Shown here: piece after piece, positions 1 to 12,536 of the stretch
Layout of the letters: every line of letters begins with the position of its first letter
Numbering within the stretch: the stretch's first letter is position 1
Assembly (NCBI RefSeq): GCF_009834535.1
Contig: NC_045697.1
Coordinates: 1,614,001 to 1,678,000, forward strand
Length of the DNA: 64,000 nucleotides
From: Camelus ferus
Lineage: Eukaryota
Direction of reading: 5' to 3'
Notes under the pieces: model-generated
What the model saw: only the letters and a program-made list of their open reading frames with translations
Databases searched by the model: none
What the model was told of the DNA's origin: nothing
Position numbers and translations under genes: made by a program

Positions 1-1199
1 ATACCAGTGAAGGCTAGTCTCCCATGGAACCATAAAGTTAACAAACTCCTAAGCCCCTGTGACACCCACGGTGACAGCAGCAACAGCAGGTGCTCTCTAG
101 GCCCCTACTCTGCTCCAGCTGTGCAGCCTCCACGCCTCCTATGAGACAGCTTCCGTCATCTCCCATTCCACAGGCGGGCAAACTGAGGCTCATGGGGCCC
201 AGGGAGCTTCTGGAGTGACCGGGCAAGGAGGCAGCAGTACCGGCCACTCCAGCCTCACTGCTCCCACCTACCACAGCTCCCTCACATCTTCTCTGAGGCT
301 GGAGGACTTCAGGCAGCACCAGATTTCTAAGCATCTTTCCTTTCTGGTCAAATGGAGACAGTAAAATAAGCAACAGGGCAGCACCTCCCGGCTCAGGGAG
401 CTCCCCAAGGACACGCTCTCTCTCGTCCCCACACCCCAGCCATGGGCACTAGCCCGGGCCCCGTGTGGATGCCCGATCAATGTCTGGGAATAAGACCGGG
501 TAATACAATGAGCAGGGCCCTCTGCTCAAACTGTTTACCACACAGACGTGGAAAACTCCCAAACACAAGGCTGACTTGAGGGGTGAGCTTGGTTGAACCT
601 GAAGGACTCACTGGCCTTATTTTTTGTCTTCAAAATCCTCTTTGAAACATCAGTTTAGAAATAACCTGGCTCTCATGGAGACTAGCCAGGTGACAACATA
701 CACCTTCCTTGGGGCTGCTTTTTCCCTCGCTGCTGGGAACCTGCCAGAGCTGGAGAAACAGGTAAGACCACGGGGAGGTCACGCGCTGCACAGACGGGCG
801 ACCCCCACAGAGGGCTGCCTGACCTGTCCTCCCCGCACAGTGCGAGAGGCCCCAGGCTCCCTCAGGCCCCCAGGCTCTAGACGCTTGCTGCTTGCTCTGA
901 AGTGGGAGAGACGCATATGGCTCGTCTGACTAAGTGCCACTGTCCAATCAGTAACAGCTCTGAGGATACAGAACACAGGCACTGGTGCCACACAGCGAGG
1001 CCTGTCCCAGAATCCTGGCTTAAACACACCGCCGTGATGCACGAAGTCAGCAAATGGCTGATGTCCCCTGGGACAGCCCGTTGCTGGGACCTAGAAGTCC
1101 CATGGCTCCACTCTCGGACACAGAAGTGTCAGGAATTCTTGTAGCAGTCTGGTGGACTGGCCTTTAAAACAAGAGGCACAGCCTCTTGGCCCTCGTCCC

Positions 1200-1559
1200 T
1201 TTATTAATCTGCTTGGCCATGACAAAGTCCACAGACAGGGTAACCTGAAACAACAGAAGCTTATCCTCTCATAGTTCTGGAGGCCAGAGGTCCAAAATGC
1301 GGTATTAGTGGGCCATGTGCATTCCAGGGGCTTCCTTGTCTATCCAGCTTCTGGTGGTGGCCTCTGCTCCTCTGCCTGGGGATGCGTCCCTCCAGTCTCT
1401 GCCTCCATCTTCACTTGGCTGTCTTGTTAGGTCCACCCTAATCCAGTATGATCTCATTTTAACTTATTACACCTGCAATGACCCTACTTCCCAACAAGGT
1501 CACAGTCACAGTCTCCAGGTGGAGAGGAATTAGGAGGAGACACTGTCCAAGCCAGGACA
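1200..1559 (-). mobile_element. MaLR (MLT1-type) LTR remnant
   Basis: Typical MLT1 blocks: 'aacaacagaagcttatcctctcatagttctggaggccagaggtccaaaat' and 'ccaccctaatccagtatgatctcattttaact...aaggtcaca'. Recognised from memory; ends approximate. Confidence 0.75.
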
Positions 1560-1789
1560 GTCCCATTTCTCTCTCTCTCCTGGGCAGCCCTCAGTGGGTG
1601 CCCACACGCAGGTTACAGCCCCACCCATGGCTATCCCTGTAACCAGCAGCTGATGGGACAGTGAGAGGACAGGAGCAAACGTGGATTTTACGAAAGGCCA
1701 ATTCACTGAGCCTTTACCACAAGCACCAAGCACTGTAAGAGTCCAGTAGGGGATCAGGCAAATAGGTAAGGACAAATCCAAACATGGCC

Positions 1790-4700
1790 TGGAAGATTCT
1801 GAGAACAGAACAGAGGAGGCAGCACCAGGAATCTGTCTCCCCACCTAAAGAACAGTTCACTGGCAGGATCTGTCTATTGCAGCTATTTTGGAACTCTGGA
1901 GTCCTGAAGACTTGCTACCTCCATAGGAGGACTCGGACAATAAATCTGTCAATTTCAGCTCTTAGTACAGTAGCAGCTACCCATCCCACCCACAGCCGTG
2001 CCACTGGAGGCCATGCACCTGTTTCTGGAGCAGCCTGCATACAGCTTGCAGGAGCCAAGGTGGGCAAAAAAGACCCTGTTCTCCAAATACTGGGTATCTG
2101 TGCTCTGATTGCTTTTTGCTGCTTCTGATTACAGAGGTGCAAACAGGCAGACAGACTTGTGGCACCTCCTCCTACTGTAGTAAGACCCTCCCTCTCCAGC
2201 TGAAGTGACTTCCAAGGGATTTAAAAACCTAGTGCCCTTTTCTTCCCCCTTTCATTTTTCTTTTTCCCCTTTTGGGAGCCAGACACTAAAGACTAGGACA
2301 TTCAAAGAACTACACAAAAGGGGAAAATTCAAAAGTGATCACACATTCCCAGGGAAAGGTGCAGGCTCAGAAAAGACCTGAGAAACCTTAAGTTATGCCT
2401 TAGACTGATCCCTGGTACAGAGAAAACCTACAAGAACCAAAGAAAAACAAAAACAATAATAAAAAAAATAGCAAATCATGGGGAAGAAGGGTAATCTGAT
2501 TTCCAGAAATACCACATTATTACAAATGTCCAGTTTTTAATCTTAAAAAAAAAGCACAGGGCATTCAAAGACACAGAAAAATATGGCCCATTCACAGGGA
2601 AAAATAAATTAACAGACAATGCCCCTTGAAAAGAACTTCTGCTAGATCTTCTAGACAAAGACATTAAAACAACCATCTTAAAGACACTCAAAGAACTAAA
2701 AGAAGATGTGGAGAAAGTCAGAAAGCAATATATGAATAAAACAGAAACATGAATAAAGAGGTAGAAAACCTAGAAAAAAAACAAAAAGAAATTCTGGAGC
2801 TGAAAAGTACAATAACTGAAATTGAAACATTCACTGAAGAGATTCAAAGGCAGATTTGTTCAGGCAGAAGAGTCAGCAAACATGAAGATAGGACAATGGA
2901 AATTTTCAAGGCTAAAGAGAAAGAATAAAAAAAAAGATTGAAGAAGAGTAAATAGAGCCTAAGGGACCCTTGGGACACCATCAAGAAGAGCGACACACGC
3001 GCTGCGGGAGCCTGAGGAGAAGAGAGAAAGGGGCAGAAAGAGTATTTGAAGAAACAATGGCTGAAAACTTCCAAATTAGATGAAAGACATGAGAATAAAC
3101 ATCCAAGAAGCTCAATAAACTCTAAGAGGAATCCCAAAAGACCAATACCAAGACACATAATAATCAAACTTCAGAAAGCCAAAGATGAAAAGAGGAGTCT
3201 TGAAAAAAGCAAGAGGAGCAACAGGTCACAGACAAGGGATCCTGAACAGGATTATCAGCAGCCTCATCAGACACTCTGGAGGCCAGAAGGCAGTGGGCCC
3301 ATACATTCAAAGTGTTTAAAGAAAAAAACTGTCAACCAAGAAGACAGAACTGTCCTTTAAAGTGAGGGAGAAAGTAAGGCATTCCCAGATAAACAAAAGC
3401 TGAGAGAGTTTGTTACCACCGGACCTGCCGTACAAGAAGCACTCAGGGGAGTCCTGTAGGGTGAAATGAAATGACACTAACTCAAAGGACCACACCTCAA
3501 AGCTACATGAGGAAATGAAGATGCCAATAAAGGTAAAGGCATGGCCAATGATAAAAGCTGGAATCACCGCAACAACATTTTATAACTCAATTTTTTTTCT
3601 TTTCTACATGATATGAGGCTAAAATACTTTTCAAAAATTACTAGTCTAAAAGTTGGTATTATTGTAATTTTGGTTTGTAGTTCCACCTGTTATTTCCCAC
3701 ATGATTTAGGAGACTAATACATTTAAAAGATTAGTTTATATTTGAGGGCACACAATATATGAAGATTTAATTCTGTGAATTAACATCAACAACCAAAAGG
3801 GGTAGGGATGGTTCAGGGCTGTATGTTATTGAAGTTAAGCTGGCATAAATTCAAATTAGTGTTGTAACTTTAGGATGTTAGATGTAATTCCCACGGTAAT
3901 CACACACACACACAAACAGGTACAGAATATACAGAAAAGGAAATGAGAAAAGAATTCAAATATTTCATATAAAAAATCAAACACAAAAGACAGTAAAGCA
4001 GAAAATAAGGAATAAAAAAATGGTATAAGGCATACAGAAAACAGATAGCAAAATAACGTAAGTATTTCATCCTTATCAGTAACTACTTTAAATGTCAATA
4101 GATTAAAATCTCCAATTAAAAGACAGAGATTGGCAGAATGGATAAAAGCATATGATTCAACCATATGCTGTCTAACAACAGACTCACTTTAGATCCAAAG
4201 ACATATATAGATTCAAAGTAAAAGGATGAAAGACATATTCCATGCAACTAATAACCAAAAGAGAACAGGAGGAGCTATATTAATATCAGACAAAATAAAC
4301 TTTAATTCAAAAAAGGTTAATTCAAAAAAAGTTACAAGAAACAAAGAATATATTACACATTATATATTGATGTATTTAATATATCAAGAAAATATAACAA
4401 TTATAAACACTGATGCACCTGATAACAGACCAGCAAAATATATGAAGCAAAAACTGACAGAATTGAAGGGAGAAAGAGACAACCCTACAATAATAGCTGG
4501 AGACTTCAAAACCTCACTATTATAGATAGAACAACCAAACAGACTATAAGTAAGGAAATAGAGGACCTGAACAACACAATTAATCAACTAGATCTAACAG
4601 ACATGTACAGAATACTCTATCCAACAACATACACATTCTTCTCAAGTGTACATGGAACATTTTCCAGGATAGACCATATGTTAGGTTACAGAGTAAGTCT

Positions 4701-5800
4701 CAACAGATTTTAAAAGGTCAACATCATACAAAGTATTTCCTCCAACTATAACAGGATGAAGTCAGAAATCAACAACAGAAGTAAAACTGGAAAATTCACA
4801 AAATTGTGGAAATTTAAAAACATACTCTTTAACCAAAGGATCAAAGAAATCACAAGGTAATTAGAAAATACTTAAGAGATAAATGAAATCACAAGGTAAT
4901 TAGAAAATACTTAAGAGAAAAGTGAAAAATGTACCAAAACTTACAGGATCCAGTGAAAGCAATGTTAAGGAGAAAATCTATAGCTATAAACACGTTAAAA
5001 AATAAGAAAGATCTCCAATCAACAACTTAACTTCCAACTTAAAGAATGAGAAACAAGAACAACCTAACCCAAGGCTAGCAGAAGGAAGGAAAAAAAAGTA
5101 TCAGAGCAGACATAAATGAAAAAGAACAGAAAAATTACTACAGAAATCAATGAAACCAAAAATTGGTTCTTCAAAAAGATCAGCAAAATTGATAAACCTC
5201 TAGCTAGGTAGACTATGAAAGGAAAGACAGAATACTCAAATTACTGAAATCAGAAATACAAATAGACCCACTACTACCAATTCTACAAAAATAAAAAGTG
5301 TTATAAAAAGAATACTATGAACAATTGTACACCAGCAAATTGGATAATCTAGATGAAACAAATTCTCAGAAACACAACACCTACCAAGACCAAATCACAG
5401 AGAAATAGAAAAACTGAATAGATCTCTAACTAGTAAGGAGATTGAATCAGTAATCAAAAATCTCCCAACAAAAAAAAGCTCTAGAACTGATGGCATCATG
5501 GGTGAATTCCATCAAACATTTAAAGAATTAATACCAATCTTTCCTAAGCTTTTCAGAAAAACTGAAGAGGAGAGAACACTTCCTAACTCATTCTATGAGG
5601 CCAGCATTACCCTAATATCAAAGCCAGACAAAGACACTAAACAGAATTACAGACCAACATCCCTTATGTACACTGATGCAAAAATTCTCAACAAAATAGT
5701 AGTAGACAAAATTCAGCACATATTAAAAGGATTATACACCATGACCAAGTGGGATTTTTTTTTTGTGGAATGCAAGGATGATGAAACATACAAAAATTGA
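1790..5800 (+). mobile_element. Ancient LINE-1 (L1M-type): 5'UTR, degenerate ORF1 (~2580-3480), inter-ORF, 5' half of ORF2 (~4060-5800); lies in TNIP2 intron 1, antisense to the gene
   Basis: ORF1-like peptide 'NPKRPIPRHIIIKLQKAKD' (ORF 3046-3360). Endonuclease-like 'GGAILISDKINF...IIAGDFKTSL' (4226-4525). RT-like 'LPNSFYEASITLISKPDKDT..NYRPTSLM..DAKILNKI' (5498-5800). Many stops and frameshifts. Confidence 0.92.
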
Positions 5801-5804
5801 TTAG

Positions 5805-5920
5805 TGGATGTTAACTAGACTTACTGTGATAGTCATTTCGTAATATATACAAATATTAAATCATTATGTTGCACTCCTGAAAAACTAGTATGTCAATTAT
5901 ACCCAAAGGAAAAAAAAAAG
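5805..5920 (+). mobile_element. L1 3' terminal fragment with poly(A)
   Basis: 'gatgttaactagacttactgtgatagtcatttc...tcattatgttgcactcctga...gtcaattatacc' followed by an A-run; resembles an L1MA-type 3' end. Confidence 0.7.
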
Positions 5921-6491
5921 CTATTGACACTATAATACCAGTGTTCTGGTTTGGAAACTTAGGTTAGCTTAGTTTCCTATTTAAACTATGTTCAGTACTT
6001 CCCCACTACACATCCCTCCATCACTTTTACAACTTGCTTAAAGGAGTGAGCATTTATATGCATGTTTGATTCCACAATTTGAGGGCAAGAATTGGCAATT
6101 GATCATCTTTGATCATCTAGCCTAGTGGTTAATAGAATGTGCAGTTAACAACTTTATAACGTAGTAAAGCCATCATAATTTGGCCCAATCTAATTTTACA
6201 GCCACTTCCTATTTTATTCTCTAAACACTCTTCACTATAATTATACTGAATTAACACTGCTACAGATTAACACTACTACTGGCACAACTCTGATACTGTA
6301 AACATTTTTGTGAAATGAATGTACTATACTTAGTTTTGGGAAAAATAGAAAAACATAACCCATGATGCCTGCTTATACATAGTCCACTCCCATATATTAA
6401 ATGCTCAGTAAATGCAAGCTCAGTAAATAAAGACCTAAGTGGCAATTACAGATGACATTCACATCTGGGCATCAACTATGTGCAAGAGATT

Positions 6492-6496
<5 letters not shown>

Positions 6497-6524
<28 letters not shown>
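6497..6524. repeat. (AT)n microsatellite
   Basis: Perfect AT dinucleotide run, read directly. Confidence 0.95.
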
Positions 6525-6527
<3 letters not shown>

Positions 6528-7169
6528 TTATTTCCATTTGCACTTTAGTTCTACTTTCTACATGTTGCAAACTGATCATGGTCTTGACATAGGTAACTTT
6601 ATCGTTAGGGTCTCACTTATAATACCTGAAGACAATCAGACAATTCCTGATAAATATTTAGTAAACAGTAATGGCATGAGAATGAAGTCTTTGGGGGGAC
6701 ATGAAGCATAATTATGTGTTTGATGTTTGTTTTCTATCTAGGACTTGGGATTAATCCCTCAAAATGAACAAAATGATATCATTAAATTTTTCCAATAAGA
6801 TAATTTTTCACCAGATTTGTTACACATAGATTTAGGTAATACATTATTCTGTGGTTAAGACCACAAACATATTTCATCAAAAAAATGAAAGACAGGAAGG
6901 AAGGAAGGAAGGGAGAAAGGAAAGGAAATCGACCAATGTAATACATACATCAACCCCATCTTATCCCTGCCCTGGGTACTAGCTTCACGGGTCCTGCCTC
7001 GCCCTGATACATCAGCTTGCAGCTTTTCTTTCCTTGTTCTGCCATGCTCTCTAATGAGTGGAATAGTATACACCCTTTATAGTAGGCTGCATGAGGCTCC
7101 TTGTGTGTGTGTATTGTGTTTTTGGTTTTTTTTGTTTGTTTTTACCATCTATCTCTGTACCTCTCTTGA

Positions 7170-7385
7170 TCTTGTATGACTGAAACTATACCCATTAAAC
7201 AACTACTCCCCATCTCCCCACTCTGCCCTGCCCCTTCTCTAGCAACCACCATTTTACCTTCTGTCTCTGTGATTTGGACTATTCTAGATTATTCCTACAA
7301 ATGGAATAATACAGCATTTGTCTTTTTGTGACTTAACATAATGTCCTTAAGGTTCATCCGTGTTGTAGCATGTGTCAGAATTCTC
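7170..7385 (-). mobile_element. Old L1 3'UTR fragment (L1MA/MB-like)
   Basis: 'gcaaccaccattttaccttctgtctctgtgatttggact...tggaataatacagcatttgtctttttgtgact...aggttcatccgtgttgtagcatgtgtcagaat' is a classic L1 3'UTR in antisense. Confidence 0.8.
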
Positions 7386-7708
7386 TCTGGGTTCTGGTTA
7401 GAGGCTGTGGGGCCAAGGGATACTGGGGACACATGTCAGCTGAGAACCAGCTGCTACCAGACTGCAAGTAGAGTGCTGCTCTGGGTACGATGTGCTCTGA
7501 TCGCCACTCTGCACTAAGAGCAGTGGTGTAGACCAGGTGACTTCCTTCTGCCCTGATGAGTTATAATCACCTTTCCCAGGAAGAGGGAAAGAGCTGGAGT
7601 GAGGGAGCCATCTGGCTTCTGAAGGCATTTAAAATGATGCGGGTAAGAACACACTGACATGATATTAAGCAAAACTGCAGAGACAGCATGAACCCACAAG
7701 GACTCCAC

Positions 7709-9000
7709 TCCTCAGAGCCAACACGGGCACACTTTCCTCAACCCAACGCAGACACATAAACCTCAGATTCAGTATGTGCGAAGTACCCTCAGACTCAACA
7801 CAGGCACACGCTCATCAACCCAACCCAGAGACACACATCCCTCAGACCCACTGTGAACAAACACACACCTATCAGAACCAACGTGGACACACCTTCAGAA
7901 CCAACACAGATCCACAACCTACAGACCCTAGTCAAAACACACACACCCCTCAGACACCGATACGCACACACAGACACCCCACAACCCGCAGGAACACATG
8001 CCCCTGTGAACCAACACGGCACACACAACCCTCGGGCGCACAGCGCTCAGAACTGAAGTGAGCACGGAACCCTCGGAACCAACACATGCATCTGGGGAAA
8101 CGCACCCTTCAGAACCCGCCAGACTCTGCATCCCCGGGCTCTACAGGGACACGCACACCCCGCAGACCCAACAGGGGTAAACACACCCAGAGTCAGCACA
8201 GACACGCACCTTTCAGAACCCACACTCAGACCCACGCGCCTCCCTCACAACTGAACGCAGACAGACACAGCCCTCAGATCCCACACACGAGCAGTTCCCT
8301 CAGAAACCTGAGTGACGCACCCACGGCGACCCACACGCGACCTGGTAAGACCCTTAGCCTCAGCAGAGGCCCACCAACCCCAAGAACCGGGACGGGCACA
8401 CGCCCCTTCCCGAGCCGCGCGCCGGGGCGCACCCCCTGGGGGCAGCACGGACACACGCGGCCTTCGGAGCCCGGACGGGCAGGTGCAGCCTCGGGAGCAG
8501 CGGCGGCAAACAAGCCCCACCCCCGCACGGGCACACGCGGCCCTCAGGGCCCAGCGCACAGACACACCCCTCAGGGCCCACGCGCGCACACAGACGCACA
8601 CCCCGCCAAGAACGCTCCGCGGTCGCACCCCGCTCAGGCCCACCGCTGGCGCACACACCCCTCGGAACCTGACGCAGGCACGCAGCCCGCGAGCCTACAC
8701 GTCCACACCCCGCAGACACTAGCGGGCTCTTGCCCCTCAGAATCGACTCGACACGCAACCCTCAGGCCGGGCTCGGCAGCACCCACCGCTGCGGCCGCAC
8801 AAGGAACGCCGCCCCGGCCAGCACAAGCACCCCCGCCGCAGAGCTCAAACAGGCGGCCCAGCCCTCCGCCGCCCTCGGACCCCGACGCGGACGCGCAGCC
8901 GCGAGCCCTCCCACGGCGCGCGCCGCGCGGAGCCCAGCCCGGACGCGCGCTCCCCGGCACACGCCCTCAAACTCAACTCGGGCGCAGACACCCGCCAGGG
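7709..9000. repeat. Degenerate minisatellite (unit roughly 24-30 nt, core 'cacacccctcagaaccaacacaga') at the 5' end of TNIP2 intron 1
   Basis: The anchor (c)cctcaga / ccttcaga / cctcgga recurs at near-regular spacing, separated by CA-rich linkers. Confidence 0.75.
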
Positions 9001-10320
9001 GCGACGCGGGCACACGCCGCCCCGCGCGCCGAGGAAGCGCGGCTCGCGCGGCCCCCGCACCTGGCGCAGCGCGGCCTCCGCGGCGCTGCCTTCCCGCTGC
9101 CGGAGCTGCTCCCGGAAGCGCGCCACCTGCTCCAGCAGCGCGTCCACGAGCGACGGCGCCGCGTCCCCCTCGAGCGCGGCCAGACGGGCGCGGAGGCGCG
9201 CTATGAGGGCGTCTCGGGCGGCCAGCTGGTCCTGCAGGCGCCTCAGCCGCTGCCCGGCCTCGTGGTACAGGCCGCAGAGCGCGGCAGCCGTGCGCGGGGC
9301 CCCCTCCCGCCCCCCGGACCCCGCGTCCCCCGACGACATGGCTGCGGGCCTGGCCCGAGGGCGCGCGGCGCCGGCAACTTCCGCACCGGGTCCGGACGCG
9401 GGGCCCGCCTTCCGGGAACTTTTCCCGGCCCGCCCCGCCCACCGCGGAGAGCCGGCTCGGCTCCGCGGAGATCCCAGGCCCGCCCACTTCCGAGATCCCG
9501 GCCCCACCCACCTCCCGGCGGCCAGGGCCCGACCCCATTCCGGCCCCGCCCACCGCAGAGAGCCGGTTTCCGCCCCGTGGAGACCCTGGCCCCGCCCACC
9601 TCCGAGCGGCCAGCCCCGCCCCACCCCAGGCCCGCCCACTTCCGAGATCCTGGTCCCTGTCCTGGTCGCCAGGACCTCGCCTGCCCCCATCCCGACCCCG
9701 TCGCGTATCCTGTCCACCCGCGGGTGCCTGGCCTGCCCCGGCGGCCCCATCGCCCCGCGTAGGGGGTTGATTTCGGAAAGTCGGCCCGGACGAGAAGAGG
9801 GGTTGAGCGGTCTCTGATGCAACTACTGATGAAAGGGAAAGAAGTGACCAAAGACGACCCCAAGTGTTGGACCTGAGCGTGGGTCCGAACACCCGGGCTG
9901 CAGGCTGGTTGGTGACACCGAGCAACAGGAGAAGGGCGACATTCCAGGAGCTGAGCGCCGCGAGGTGCCCTGCACACCGGGGCGCGCGGCAGCGGCCCAG
10001 AGCAGGACTCCAGACCCCGCGTCCCCTCTCTAAAGCCGCAAGAACTATTCTTACGGCAGAAGACAGGAGCGAGCTGGCTCTTTCCTGCCCTCGTTTCTCC
10101 ATCCCTTTCCTTCCTCCCAAATTCCCAGACCGACTCCGGAGGTTTCTTCGTGGCTCCACGGCTATTTTCTTTTTCAAAGTCTGTTTCCTCCACAATGATG
10201 CCCAAGCACACCTGTGGCCTTTCAAAGTTCCACGGAACCTTCTGCCGGCCCCTTCTCTGCGTGCCTGCGCTCCGCTCCCCGCGGGTCCCCTGAGGGCACC
10301 ATGGCGTTCTCGGTAACACC
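8300..10320. promoter_or_regulatory. TNIP2: CpG island and TNIP2 promoter (GC boxes and ETS motifs at ~9375-9650)
   Basis: Very high GC and CpG density. Several CCGCCC boxes and ACTTCCG (ETS/GABPA-type) motifs immediately upstream of the ATG; no TATA box. Confidence 0.9.
9061..9339 (-). CDS. TNIP2: TNFAIP3-interacting protein 2 (ABIN-2), coding part of exon 1 (93 codons); downstream exons lie left of the window
   Basis: Translates [93 protein letters not shown], matching the TNIP2 N-terminus as I recall it. ATG in gcagccATG context; phase-0 donor CAG|GTGCGG at 9061/9060. Confidence 0.96.
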
Positions 10321-10839
10321 ATTACCCCTTTATGTAATCCATAGCCAAGCTTGGGCAGAGACCAGGGAAAACACTCACAGGCTTATAGAACCAGACAAGT
10401 GTGTAACCAAAGCCAGCTCACACTTCCTCCGCTGCAGAGGGAAGTCAGAGCCAGTTGTCCCCTACCCGCTAGGCGTGTGGTGTGGGACTAGAGGATGGAG
10501 TGCACGGCGCCTGCCCCTGCAAGCCCACGGTTCGCGTGGTTAAGGTTAGGAATGACGCCCTCTGGTTGGCTGAGGCAGTGGTGGAGAAACGAAGGAGCAC
10601 TGGCGCTGGCCCCGGAGCTGTCAGAGATGGGCGAGTCCTCTTTGCTCTTGGTGTAAGTGTAACCTCCCGCACGTAATTCAGCTGTCCTTGAGCCTGATTC
10701 TCACCTGCAAAATGGGCACCCCAGTCTCTCACCCAACATTCTGGTCACATGTATTTTGAAATTCAGAGTCTGGACTTGAGGCAGGTGCATTTAACTGGGG
10801 CAGCGGGCATCCAGAAGAGATCCCACTCCTGGTTTCTAC

Positions 10840-11280
10840 GCTCTTGGGATTTCACCCTGTGACGCACTGCTTAGGGCTGACCTGTGTTACCACGAGGGTA
10901 CTGCAGAAAAGATGAAGTGTGATTTCTGCAGCTAGGACACAAAAGACAATCGTGGTTACTGCTTTGCCCTCTCAGATCATTCACTCTGGGAGAAGCTTCC
11001 CATCGTATCACAAAGACACTCAAGCAGCCCTGTGAAGAGGTCCATGTGATGAGGAAACGAGGCTTCACGCCAACAGGCAGCATCAACTTGCCCACCGTAG
11101 TAAATGAGCTACCTGGGAACCACATCCTCCAGCCGGCTAACTCTTAACTGTGACCCCTTGGGAGACCCTGGGTCAGAACCACCCAGCTAAGCTGCTTCCA
11201 AAGTCCTGATCCATTGAAGCTGTATGACATAATGAATGTTCATTGTGACACTTTGTTACACAGCAACAGACAACTAGCCA
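10840..11280 (+). mobile_element. MaLR LTR (MLT1F-like)
   Basis: 'cactcaagcagccctgtgaagaggtccatgtgatgaggaaacgaggc...gagaccctgggtcagaaccacccagctaagctgcttcc...ttgttacacagcaacagacaac'. Confidence 0.8.
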
Positions 11281-11358
11281 AGTAGTTCATGACTCAGTGC
11301 TCCCACTGGGGCATGGGAGAGCACCCAAGACCAGATACACTAAAGTCTCTGCAAAGAC

Positions 11359-11409
11359 TACACCAGAAATTGCCATATTGTAAACTGACTATACTTCAAT
11401 TTTAAAAAA
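11359..11409 (+). mobile_element. Very short L1 3'-end insertion with target-site duplication
   Basis: 'tacaccagaaattg...tgtaaactgactatacttcaat' plus A-run matches the L1 tail at ~18310-18360. Flanked by tctgcaaagac (11348-11358) and tctacaaagac (11411-11421). Confidence 0.8.
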
Positions 11410-12536
11410 TTCTACAAAGACAAAATGACCATTGAAATTAAGTGAGATAGATAAAGACCATGAAAAGCCTTATAGCCATTCAGCTGTTCAAGTCAGATTT
11501 CACATCAAGGTTAAGAAAAGAATTTTGGTTTTCTGAGGTTTTTGCATTTCAGAATTGTGGATGAGGGATGACAGAATTCCAACAACATCCACCTTTCAGG
11601 GTGTTGAGAGGATTCGGTAAGTTACCATGAGAAGTAGCCAACATCTTCAGCTGGGCACTGGGAATTCATGTGCAAACATTCTAATGGTGGAGACAGAACC
11701 CCCTTCAAAAAAAACAAAAGAATAATTACAAAATAAGGAAACTTTGTACAGGAAAGGAAGGGGGTAAAAGTGGTTTAAGAAAACAGTAAGGAGATAAGGA
11801 AGAGAATCCAGAGGGTGACCAGAGAGGAGAGGAGTCTCAGCTGCAACCGGAAGGATGAGAAGGAGCAAGCCTAGACTTGAGTCAGTGGGTCGCCAGCAGA
11901 GAACACGTATGCTAGCCTGGGGGGAGTTCAGGCCTGACATCTAGAGTGTGGCCTGGGGTGGGCAGGGAGGGGGTAGGGGCCAGATCCAGAGGGCTCAGGC
12001 CCTGCATGGAGGTGGGGTCTTACTCTAGGAACGGGGCCATGGGCTTTCCAATGGAGGTCACCAGGTGACCATGTGACCAGGAAGGAGGGAGAGAGGTGGA
12101 AAGCACAGGTAGACACTGTACTTGTCTCCAGCGGAGAGATCATTTCTTCAGCTCTGACTTCCTGCCTGATGGAGAACTACCTGAATTCCTCCAAAGGTCT
12201 CCCACCCTGGCCTCTTACTTCAGGTCTGATTGGGGCCTGTGGCCTTTTCCTGACCTCCTTCCCCTCTATCTGGACATTGGGACTTCAGCCCTTGCTGTGA
12301 TCAGTCTCTGGATGCAGCTGTGCCAAGAAGGAAGCTGTGGAGAAGCTGGGAGCCTCCCCAGGAAGCCAAGCCCATGCAGTGAATAGCAGCCAGTGGGGTA
12401 GGCCCCTGGCACGGCTCATGCCAGCAACCACCCTCACACGTGCACGTACTAGCGGCCATGCTCCCCACCCAACCCTGCTCCCTTCACGGGTCCTGAGGTG
12501 TTCACAACACAAAGTTCCCAGTTGTAGGAAAGTGAG

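Noticed and set aside
38..373. 111-aa minus-strand ORF with a Cys run, considered as TNIP2 exon 2
   Set aside because: No resemblance to the coiled-coil sequence expected after TNIP2 exon 1; exon 2 is probably left of the window.
7709..9000. Repeat-spacer pattern superficially like a CRISPR array
   Set aside because: Mammalian intron; units are degenerate, the linkers resemble each other, and there are no cas genes.
9414..9426. NF-kB site GGGAACTTTTCCC in the TNIP2 promoter
   Set aside because: Spacing is longer than the GGGRNWYYCC consensus; attractive for this gene but not supportable from sequence alone.
8086..10322. Long overlapping ORFs (558, 487, 359 and 325 aa) around the TNIP2 CpG island
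   Set aside because: Pro/Arg/Gly/Ala-rich low-complexity translations expected from stop-poor GC-rich DNA. Only 9061-9339 on the minus strand resembles a real protein and ends at a splice donor.
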